DNA from: Macrostomum hystrix
Taxonomy: Eukaryota > Animalia > Platyhelminthes
Reading direction: 5' to 3'
NCBI GenBank assembly: GCA_950097015.1
Contig: CATNEN010000039.1
Span: 5,084,001 to 5,148,000 of the forward strand
DNA length: 64,000 nucleotides
Positions within the stretch are counted from its first letter, which is position 1. Every line of letters begins with the position of its first letter. The translations under genes were made by a program, and so were the position numbers. The notes under the pieces are model-generated. The model had not been told where the DNA came from and made no database searches. It worked only from the letters and a program-made list of their open reading frames with translations. Shown here piece by piece: positions 49,901 to 60,608 of this stretch.

Positions 49901-49994
49901 TGTTGGAAGCTGAATTGCTGCCGCACGGCTGCTGCTGTGGAGATGCTGACTGTGTCTGGCTACTTACGTTAGTAGCATCTGATGTGTCTGACAT
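43965..49994 (-). CDS. DIS3L2: DIS3-like exonuclease 2, paralogue A (more canonical)
   Basis: Exons 49994-49287, 49033-48854, 48752-48399, 47908-47450, 46941-46597, 46327-45848, 45584-45327, 44551-44279, 44162-43965. Motifs [122 protein letters not shown]. No PIN domain. Confidence 0.93.
44570..45312. repeat. 22/24-bp minisatellite (TCAGGTATGGTGTTAGGTRTGGG)
   Basis: Tandem array filling an intron. Confidence 0.94.
46360..46570. repeat. 17-bp minisatellite (CTGTCAATCATCTAGAT)
   Basis: Tandem array in an intron. Confidence 0.9.
46972..47408. repeat. 18-19-bp minisatellite (ATGACAGGTATGAAGATA)
   Basis: Tandem array in an intron. Confidence 0.92.
47892..48330. repeat. 42-bp minisatellite derived from a splice acceptor / exon start
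   Basis: The minus-strand unit ATCGCCCACCCCAAAACCCAAGCAG|CCAATGGTGCTATTCTC overlaps the start of DIS3L2-A exon 4. Confidence 0.88.
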
Positions 49995-50695
49995 TTTGTC
50001 TTGTAGTTAGTTGATCGTTTTTAGATTTGCTGGAAGGTAAAAAATTGTATTAGTAACTTGTTTAAACCTTTACGTGACTGCTTTAGCTATGGCTCACGGC
50101 AAGGCTCAAATCGGGTCAAGCTTTGACATAGAATAATTTTCAGCTTTGCTATCATAGCTAAGAGGCATCAAATGGGCTACACACATAAAATTTGCGACCA
50201 CTTATCCATAGACTAAAAACTAGAAATTAGTCTGCAAATCAGAGAAGGCTTGCAAACTCTACTGCTAGTAGTATTAATTGAAAATAAACGCGCCAATTTA
50301 TTTCGAAAACAATATGACAGAGGTGAAACCAATCTCTATAATTTAATATATAAACATGCATTGGGCCTAAACTAATATTTTATTCTAGTTCTAAATCCAC
50401 TTAGTTGAATGCAAAACAATGCTAGAAGACAAGCAAAGCTAAGAAGCAGCACAAATATGTTTTTGCTAAACAGCTCAATAAATATAATGATAACACACAT
50501 GTATAACAACGCGAATATAGATGAAAATTGTCTTACCGGGAAACAATGGCAGAAACGACATAATCAACTAACTAGCATTTATGAAGTTTAAACTGGCTGC
50601 GATCAGCTAAGTAATAAAAGAATATGAAAATTGGTAGCTATACTATAAAAAGCTATACTTGTAGTTATTATAGCTTCTTGAATAATCCGAGCATA

Positions 50696-53600
50696 TTACA
50701 GCTTCAGCAGCATAGGCGCAACCAGACTGTCGGCCTTCTCTCGACCCTAAAATTCAGTTTTATTGTGAAAAGAAACAGCTAGTTTGGGTTAAATGCTAAA
50801 ACCGGCGCTTTCATAGTCACTTTTGAGTGGAATGTGAAAAGTGTTAAAGATGCGTTTAAATCGTTAGAAAGACATTTAAGTCGTTGAAGCGTTTGAGCCG
50901 TTGAAGAAGTGTTTGAGTCGCTGGAGAAGCGTCTGAGCCGTCTGAGACATGACATTGGGTGCTCAGAGATTATGTTTAGTCAATAATCCAGCGTTTACAC
51001 AAGTAGAAAAGTGTTTGAGCAACCAGACAGGCGTATGAGTGAATCTAGAACTAATGAATTTGTCAGAGATGCACTTAAGTCGTATCAGCGGCGTTTTAAG
51101 CACGTCAAGGCACCATTTTGATCTGTTATTTTAAATATTAGCGCACTGAAATAGCCTGTAAAACTCACCTGCAACAACTCAACAAGTTTAAGAGCGAACT
51201 CAAACGCGGTACCGGGACCGCGGCTAGTAACGAGTTTGCCCTGGGCAGCAACGCACACCCGCTCCTCCGAATAATTGTAGCTCTTTAATTGGTCGCGCAC
51301 ACTGGGATGCGAGGTGACAGTTGCGCCCGGCATAAAGCAGTGGCTCTCTAAGGCAATGCTGGCGGCACAGATTGCGGCAACAATGCCCCCAGCGGCCTGG
51401 TGCCGCTCTAGCACAGCCTTCACTGGTAGCGAGGCGGCGAAGGCTTTGGCGCCAGCCAATCCGCCAGGCAGCACCACACAGTCAAAGGTGCGATCTGATA
51501 GGCTAGCCAGGGAAGCGTGTGGCTGCAGTCGGACATTGCGACTGCAGGTGACCACTTCGGCTGACTCAAGGCCGGCGATGGTAACGTCCACCTGGGCAAT
51601 GAAAATACTACTTGTAGAATACTTCAAGTTAAAGCTTTGTTCAATAGGATGTATTATTATACAAATATGTATTTCACCTGCCCCAATTGGGCCAGATGTA
51701 CAGCCGACAGCACAGCCGCAGCTATTGCACGGCGCATCTGAAGGCTGCATACAGCTGTTCAGTCCATGGACTGGGGGGACGCCACTCCCACCTTCAATTA
51801 TCCCAGATAATGCTAGTACCCATTTAACAACTGGGTGAACTTCAGCAATGCAGAGTTAAGTGTCTTGCTAAAGGACACAAATTGTTCCAGTGGAGTCGGG
51901 AATCAAACCCCTGACCTGTAAGTCGTGAGTCCGATGCACTAACCACTAGGCCACAACCTCTTAAAGATGAACTTGAACTGAAAGATATGCACAAGCTTTA
52001 GTATGGCCCCATTATCTATTGGAATTGAAATTCTGACAATGAGGTTGGAAGTTCGAATCTTAGATTAATGAGGAAAATTGTATATTTCAGTTCTATTTAT
52101 TTAGACCAAGACACTATATTTTTATGTAAGTGTTCTTTTTTTGTTATAGAGTGCTTACAAAAAGCTAGTTTTTTTAAACACAGTTTTAATGACCTTTTTA
52201 TCATAAGTGCAGATTTGTAAATGTTTACAAATTAAATGTTTTGTACTTAATACCTTTTGATAGTATATCAATAGTATACTTGTATTGAAATTGGATTGTA
52301 ATTTCATTTAAAATTAGATTTTTGAACAATTTCATTTAAACAAAATTTCGAAAATCTCTGTCTATCGAGAATGATTCAAGCATTAAGCACAGTTTGTCCA
52401 CATCAATAAGCTCAGATTTAAGTTGCTAAAATCATGCACAAATATAGCAATTTCCCTCTTTTCAGCATCAATTTATAGTTTGTCAAAGACAAAAGTAAAA
52501 GTTAGGGGAGCACAATAGATATCATCTTAGTCAAATATTATATCTATATCTTTATCGGCACATATCTATATCGAAATTTACACTACAATGATGCCATTGT
52601 GAAAAAAAACATTTTGAAAAAAAAAAATTTTATTACAAACAAAAATTTTGATTTTGATTTTGATTTAAAAATATATTTCAGAACATTGCAATCATCATAA
52701 ATGTGCAACACCAAGCCAACCTAGCTGAATTGGCTGGGTGAAATGAGGGCCAAGCAAAATAAGTTGCAAAAATCTGCTGACCAAAGGTGAAAAACTCAAC
52801 TGGGGGACAAATGGGAAATGGGAAAAGAAGACAAAGCACAAAGAAGAGAGAAAACAGAGAAAGATAATAAAGAAGAGGAGAGAGAAAAAGAGAAGAAAAA
52901 CAGAGACAACAATGGTGAATAAATTGTACCAAAGAAATGTGTTTAAGATATTATTGGAGCAAATAAATAAACTTACTTGCATATCAGAGAAAAAACTGTT
53001 GCAGTTGAAGGAAAACTAAGTCACAGATGAGAAGAAAATAAATGGCAAATGAGAGATAACTAAGCTGTAGTTAGGGGAAAAATGTTAAAGATAAGGAGGT
53101 GAGAGACAATAAAGTTGCAGATGAGAGAAAACTTAGTTTCAAACATAAGAACCATCTATGCTCTTTGAAGGATAGAAAAACAATAATTGATTTTGTCTGT
53201 TTTATGAGTTTAATTATGACTTCAATTTTATGAAATTTATTTGGTCTAATTTTCTCATCTCATCTTCTTTTCTTGTCACCCTTTATATTTTTTCTCTTTC
53301 TTTAACTCTCTGGTTTTATTCTCTTTCTGTTCTCCTCTCTCTGCTTTTCTTTGCTTCTTCTCTCCGTATTTTCTTTTTCACTTCCACTATTTTTTTCTTT
53401 TTGTCTAGTCTCAGTTTTTTTCTCTTTTACTCTATAATTTTTCTATTCTACTCTACCAGTTTTTTTCATTTTCTCTATCTTTTTTCTTTATTCTTGTTTT
53501 CTGTCTTTCTCCTCTTGTTCTCTCTCTCTGCTTTTATTATATTTTGAGGGAAAACAAAGTCAAAGATAAGAGTAAGCTAAAAATAGTAAGATAAAAAATA

Positions 53601-55454
53601 ATAACCCACAATCTTTTTCAACTTCCAAAAAAGGTAAACTATTTTCCAGTCCCTTTTAGCAGACATTTAGGTGTCAATTTTCCCAAAGCTGGACTATTTT
53701 GTCAATATGCTAGGATTTTATCTCAATTATCAATCATATCTAAAAACTAATACATAGTCTCACAGCTTTGACATACTCGTAATTTTATAGTCATATTATT
53801 TCAATTATTTATTTGCACCTTTTCTAAACCTCAAAGCAGCCTTGTTATAATCTCCTAGCAGGAAGACCCTCATATTTTGATAATATGAATTCTTCTATAG
53901 TCCATCAATGCATTGGAATGTGCATCTGAATTGAATCAGTTCAAGTTGTTGATAAACTAATTACTAATCAGTCTATTATGATCATTAGGCTCATGACTAA
54001 TTAGATCAATGTAAAAGCACAATAGTATATTAAAATAAAATCTGGTTGATAAATGCACATTTAAGAGAAAAAAGCCTGGTCAGATTGTTCAAAAAGTAAT
54101 TAAAATTATGAAATCTCAAATGGTTAATGAGTAATAACAATGCAAGCTGAGCCTACATACATGTCTAGAAGTCTAAATCAATCATTATGAACATTTAAAG
54201 CATCATATAAAAAGTTCAATAGATTGCTAAGATTATTTCAAAGATATGTATCTAGTGTTTACATGGCTGGACAAAGACAAGGCAAGTAAATATAGGCTAG
54301 TCTATATAGTTATGTAATGATTTGTTTATACTAGGCCTATGGCATTATAGACTATATAAAAAACTACTAAATTATACACAAAAAATCAATAAGGAAAATA
54401 GTTTAGCAAACATAAACTGCAGCTTTTAGAGTTGGAGGTGCTTATTCCCACAGTCCCATGCCGATAATTTCAATTTTATCCACACGGATCTGTGCTGATA
54501 ATTTTCTGCTTATCCACACGGCAGCTTGTATGAATAGGTTTATTTTCAAGTCCTTACCTATTCTTCTCTGAGCATAAGGCTTTTGCTTCAGAGTATAGGC
54601 CTAGTGTATAGTGTACACTATTAATGCATAGTGTAAAAGAATAACAATGATGTATAATATGTGTGACGAGTTTGGTGCTGACTAGAATTCTGCTGGTTGA
54701 CTCGTATGATTTTCTTTCATAGACTTCTTACTTTTTAAGTCAATACAATTAGAATGAAAACACGTACCAATGACAAAAGATTTAGTAAGTTGTTAGGCCT
54801 ATTATAATAAATAAAAAGGATGACATTAATGTCAGATTTGTAGGTCAAAATGTAGTACACTGTTGTAACACACTGGCAACTTTGTAGATCTATCGGCTCA
54901 AGGGTTCAACAAAACGTTCAAACCTGAAAGACCCTCGTTTCAAAAAACAGAGCAGTGTGGATAAAATTGAAATTAATAGCATGGCATATTTATATAAAGA
55001 GTTTTCGACCTATTCATACAAGCTGCCGTGTGGATAAGCAGAAAATTATCGGCACGGCTCCATGTGGATAAAATTGAAATTAACCGCACGGCATATATAA
55101 AGAGTTGTAGACCTATTCATACAAGCTGCCGTGTGGATAAGCAGAAAATTATCGCACGGATCCGTGTGGATAAAATTGAAATTATCGGCACGGGACTGTG
55201 GGAATAAGCTCTGCCTTTAGAGTTGGCTAGGCCTCATTTAACTTAACCAGTGGGTAGAGGCTAGAGCAGAACCCAATTTCAAAATTACAAAGTAGGGCCT
55301 AGCTAAGCTAGATAGATAGGCCTATAGGTAATATTAATAATAATAAAAAAGTGAAACAACATACATCTCCTCGAACAAGGACGTCAGCAGTTGTCACAGC
55401 TTCAATTTCTTCAGTTCCATTGGCAACAATTACAAGAGCTGTTTTCTTAGACAT
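50696..55454 (-). CDS. PARK7: Protein DJ-1 / Parkinson disease protein 7 homologue
   Basis: Exons 55454-55365 (MSKKTALVIVANGTEEIEAVTTADVLVRGD), 51591-51169 (VTIAGL..VTCSRNV..FDCVVLPGGLAGAK..AAICAAS..VTSRGPGTAFEFALKLVELLQ) and 50746-50696 (GREKADSLVAPMLLKL*). Conserved Glu and catalytic Cys present. Confidence 0.96.
51650..51962 (-). mobile_element. SINE family B copy
   Basis: High similarity to 57790-58102; tRNA-like head at ~51885-51960. Confidence 0.88.
54434..55215. mobile_element. Non-autonomous Mutator-like element (MULE)
   Basis: ~105-bp TIRs beginning GG; exact 9-bp TSD TTTAGAGTT (54425-54433 and 55216-55224); right TIR partly tandem-duplicated. Lies in DJ-1 intron 1. Confidence 0.88.
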
Positions 55455-57115
55455 TATTTTGTAGTAGGAGTACTTGTAAGCTAAGCCTAAGGGAAAGGGC
55501 TAAGTTTTTTAACTTAATAATTTTACTGCACTTCAATAAAATGTCTAAACAGTGCCGAAAAATTCTCAAAAGAACAGCTTTTATACGCAATCGAAAAAAA
55601 TAATGACGAAACACAGTTGAAGAAGTAAGTAGGCCTAGTATATGTATGTATAGCATTGCGTTAATTTTTGCAAGCCTTTCTCGTAATTGTTTCTTTTAAA
55701 ATTTTATTGCATGCAAACAAAAAGCTGATGCTGTTCTGTGCTTAATTTTTTCAAAAAGTCATTATGGTCTAACGACGTTTACAAGTTTTTGTTAGACATG
55801 TTTTAAGTAAGATACAATCAAGACTTTGCTGAAGTTTTTAAGCTGCATTAATTTCTTTTTCTGCCGGCTTTATACATCTTGAATCATCAGGCAGGCAAGT
55901 CACCTGTTAAAGTTTGTGGGCAGCAATGAAACCGTGACAACGCTTAAGCTGTTGTGAACCTTATGATAACGTAACTCGCATAATCAAATAATCAGTTATG
56001 ACGAGTTATACTTGTCAGTAATGGTGGTACATTTTCACGTAATTTTTGGTAAGAGTAGCTATAATGATACTTATGAAATAATCACAATGACAAATTTAAA
56101 GTAAAAATTGTTAGGCCTATCGCTAGCCAGCTAGTACATGGAATTATTAAGTAATTACTATATATGATTGTGATTATTTATATACTTGGAGTGTTAATTT
56201 AGAAACAGTTTGACTAAAGACAAAGTCATAGAAGGCAACCTCCTAGTTTGTTGTGTTAGGCCAAACTTATTTTTCAACTTTCCTTTTTTCTGATTTTAGC
56301 CCAACTGGACTGGTGACTATAGTAGGCCCCTATGGTTGGACAACCAAGGGCACCAAAAGCAATAATTTGCAATGCCAATTTAAGGCAAACTGCTGAACTG
56401 TGTAACCTGGACTTTAACATGTGCATTACTAGGCCTATCCTTGTATCCTGGCATTTAACTGCTTCAGCAGTGTCCTTCTAGGGACGCACATTAAAACTGC
56501 AGGCTGGCAGGCCTTTAATGCATTGCAAAATCACATGTTTGTTAGGCCTAATCATTACCTAAACTTCATGGACCCCAACAATCCCTCCCTACACAAAAGC
56601 ACCATATTGAGGGACAATGGACAATGGGCCCATGTAAATGACAAGTTCTAGAGGATGCCTGGCACAAGTGATACACAATTTGAGATGTACATTAATGAGT
56701 AGGGCCTACCAATGGTCTTCCTCTTTCCAGAGAAGATGTATGGCAACTACCTGTATTGGGTTACCCATTATAACTGACTAGCCCTTATATTGGAATAAGT
56801 TGATAAATCGCACCCAACCATCTATAGCATTTTCAGACTATTTTGGTGTTGTGTCGCATTGCAGGGCATTGCCAAGGCATTGTGCCACAGACTGTATTTG
56901 CCTGTATATTAGTCTGCCTTTGGTGGCTTTATAACAAAATTGACAAAGTAAAGCTTTTATTTTTTATAAAGTGTTTACTTAGTTGGTTAGGTTAGGGCCT
57001 ATTATAGCATTTCGTGTACTGTCGCACTTTGGATTGGAGCCACATTTTTGACACCCGTGTCGCGTGTCTACAGGTTTTTGACATTTAATCCAATAGGGCT
57101 GACTAGTGATAATTA

Positions 57116-57764
57116 ATAGGGTAATGTATCATCAACCAAACAAGAATGTGTATTTTTTTAACTTCAAACCTAAGCTACAGATTTTCTATTTAAGATATGA
57201 TGATAAATGAAAAGCCAAGTTATAGAAAACAGTTACATCTTTCTAAAAAGTATCTGCTTTTGCTATTTTGTCAAATAGAAAAAAAGTTATTCCTGCTTTT
57301 TATCTAAAACCGAACAATGATTTTCTTGTATCTTCAAACCAAACAGAGAATTTGATGTTTGGTTGTACAATTTGAGTGAGTGGTTTAATCTTATTTTAAG
57401 GAGTGAACTGTCATGAATTATGTAATTTGAAAGCATTTTTCATGCTCTATAAATAACTACATTTATGGTCATTTAATTGGCAAGCAACAACATACAATCT
57501 TTGTTTAAAGTACATACTGAAAAAATGTTGTTAAAAAGTATGCTTTTGCAATAAAAATTTCTACTGAAACATCAATATCTTTCTTTTCTCTTAATGCTTC
57601 ATTGCACATCATGCCTCAGCTTGTAGATAATTTCTTCAACTTTCAAATTAGTTGTTCTGTGAAACACAATAACTTGTTTCTATCTTGCATAAGACCAAGG
57701 AAGGAGTCAAAATTCTTGTTCGGTTTTGAAGATACACTGTTCGGTTGATGATACATTACCCTAT
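57116..57764. mobile_element. MITE with 22-bp perfect TIRs
   Basis: ATAGGGTAATGTATCATCAACC ... GGTTGATGATACATTACCCTAT, TA flanks. Confidence 0.75.
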
Positions 57765-57787
57765 TACTTTTGTAAATACTTAAAGCA

Positions 57788-58102
57788 TAATAATAATAAT
57801 AATAATAATTGATTACACCTGCCCCAATTGGGTCAGATGTGCAGCTGACAGCACATCTGCAGCTATTGTGTGGCGCATCTGAAGACTGCGTACAGCTGTT
57901 CAGTCCATGGACTGGGGGGACGCCACACCCACCTTCAATTATCCCAGCTAATGCTGGTACCCATTTAACAGCTGGGTTAACTGAAGCAATGCAGAGTTAA
58001 GTGTCTTGCTAAAGGACGCAAATTGTTCCAGTGGAGTCGGGAATCAAACCCCCGACCTTTAAGTCGTGAGTTCGACGCCCTAACCACTAGGCTACAACCT
58101 CT
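57788..58102 (-). mobile_element. SINE family B copy, full length with (TTA)n tail
   Basis: tRNA-like head at ~58030-58100; (TAA)n at 57789-57809 on the + strand. Confidence 0.88.
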
Positions 58103-58895
58103 TAAAGCATGAAAATATTGATAAGTAGTTTTTAACTAGAAGATTGCCATTAAATGCAACAAACTATTAGTCTGCCTTAAAAATTTATGTATGTAACTGA
58201 TGCTTCTAGTGGGATTACAGACTCTACAGAGGTCACCCATGCAGAGTTTTAAGTTCAAAGGTCATTTTAGTGAAAAAAAATTCTTGGTTCCCGTCCTATC
58301 TTTTGGGTTCTCCCTGTGGCCCTACCCCTTAGTGGTTGTGCCACTAGGCCTAGTAGTGATATACAAATATGCCATTATTGTGACATATTCAACCCTCATA
58401 GGGCCTAATGCTTATGGGCCTAATTAAGTTTTCACATACTCCAACAAATGTGCCCTAGTTTATTAGTTAATCATTAGACTTTTTACTCAATAAAACAGGT
58501 TTGGCTAAAATTTTGTATTTAAATAGAAAGAAAGAAGAGGAAGAGAAAGAAAAGAAAGGAGGGAGTAAAGAAAAAAGGCAAGAAAAGTCATATACAAATT
58601 AAAAAATAGGTAGCAATTGAGAGGAACTAAGTTGCAATCAGGGGAAATAAGTTGCAATTGGGAGGAACTAAGTTGCAATCAGGGGAATTAAGTTGTCATT
58701 GGGAGGAACTAAGTTGCAATCTGGGGAAATAAGTTGCAATTGGGAGGAACTAAGTCGCAATTCTGGACAAAAAGTAAGTCGCACCAGATGGGTGAAATTT
58801 TGAAGTTGGGCATGTATGTTCCTTCATAAAAACCAGCAATTTCATGTATGCCTAATACAAACTAACAATGTGAAGAAGTATGAATGATCTTTGAT

Positions 58896-59165
58896 CATAC
58901 ATGCACAACACCCTGCCAAACTGGCTGGGTGAAACAAGGGCCAAGCAAGGTAAGTTGCAAAAACCAATCAACCAAGCGCAAAAAAATCAAAGGGGGACCA
59001 AGGGACAAAAAAGGAAGGCGTGAAGAAAAGGAAAAATGGGAGAGAAAAGAGAGCAAATGAGAGCAAACTAAGTCGTTAATAGAGCAATAAAACAAACTAA
59101 GTCACAAATGAGAGCAAAAACTAAGTCGCACTGCTGGCTAAGATTTGGGAGGTTGTGCATGTATG
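58896..59165. mobile_element. hAT-type MITE
   Basis: 14-bp TIR CATACATGCACAAC / GTTGTGCATGTATG; exact 8-bp TSD TCTTTGAT on both sides. Related degenerate copies at ~52695-53140 and ~58600-58818. Confidence 0.88.
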
Positions 59166-59890
59166 TCTTTGATTCATAGATATATGAAGAATGAATTGTC
59201 TGCAATGTTAATCACAGGGTACACTGTGGTGCAAATTGAAACAAAGTTTATATTTTATACCTCCCACAACAAAATCCTGGTTGTATGCCAGATACTAGCT
59301 AGCTAGGCATAGGGTGTAGCTTAAACATTGTCAACTAGGAAATATCATAGCTAATCAAATTTCTCTTAGCTACCCTAGATATTAACTTCAGACCCAATAT
59401 GTAAACAGTGAACAAGCACCAAACTGCCCTTATGTTGTAATTAGACAATCTAGATTAGGCCAAACTATTTTACAACCAGGTAGGCCTATAGGAAAACTAT
59501 ATCTAGCTAGCTAATATATCTGCAATGTTAGCTAACTCTTAGCCAAATCATATACCAGCTACAGGCTTGGATTATCTATGTAAATGTGTTTTAGAAGTAG
59601 GGCCTATATTGGTATTAATAGCTAGCCAGACTGAGCTAAACTTTTAAACAACTTTTTTATCAGAGGCCACTTATAAAATAAAGTTAAGGGCCTAACTACA
59701 AGTAAAATGTCAATTATTGTCTATATAATTTCTTGCACCTTCTATCTGTCTTTAATTGTCTTTTGATATAACTATATAGTATTCAAAAAAGAAGCCTTCA
59801 ATACTGGTCCTCAGTTCGGAGCCGACCAGACTCCATCATCGCAAAATTGGTGGCAGATACAAAATACAGCGATGTTGGCATTGGGGAAAA

Positions 59891-60205
59891 ATGAATAGTG
59901 AAGTAATGCGGAATTGTCAACAGACTAGAAAAACAAAGTCCATCAAAATGCACAGAGAGAACTTTGAGTCAGAGTTTCGAAGGCACTGGACTCAGAGGAT
60001 GGGAAAAGCAGCCAAGCTCAGCCACTTCTATTACACGTTTAAGAAAGAGTTCTCCCGAGAAAAGTACCTAACAATAATCTCTAACCCAGAACAAAGGTGC
60101 ATAATGTCCCGATTTCGTCTAGGAAACCACAAACTGGACTGTGAGACATTGCGCACTGTAAGACCGAAAATCGCCTATGAAAACAGAACATGCCCAAAAT
60201 GTTTA
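59891..60205 (+). pseudogene. Fragment of a non-LTR retrotransposon ORF2 C-terminal region
   Basis: KLSHFYYTFKKEFSREKYL..RCIMSRFRLGNHKLDCETLR..ENRTCPKC matches the post-RT C-terminal motif of LINE ORF2. No RT core in view. Confidence 0.7.
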
Positions 60206-60608
60206 AAAATATTTAAATTTGAAATCCTAAAAAGTCTCATTATAAAATCTCATTTTAAAAGTAAGAAGAGACTTAAATGTAAATTTTATTCTCAAATTTT
60301 TATTCCTAAATTTTGCTAATAATGCCATACTTATTTTCCTTTCTAAGTTACTTTGATTAACTTCTCATCTTGTATATCAAATGCCATCCTTTTTGTAAAA
60401 TGTCTAAAGTCTTCACTGTATAGAAAGTAAGAAGTATATGCAAATATTTTCTTGGCTTCAAATAATTAGGCTAAAATAGCTCATAGCTATTGGTTCTGCA
60501 TTTGAAAATAATTGCTGACTAATATTTTCAGTGTTCTTTATGCGCTATACTTGCTACTTATCGGCCAAGTAAGTAGTGTAAATTGAGCACCCATCTTGAG
60601 CTGGCCAG

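Noticed and set aside
53230-53547. Phe/Leu/Ser-rich 105-aa membrane-protein-like ORF
   Set aside because: Low-complexity pyrimidine tract within a DJ-1 intron.
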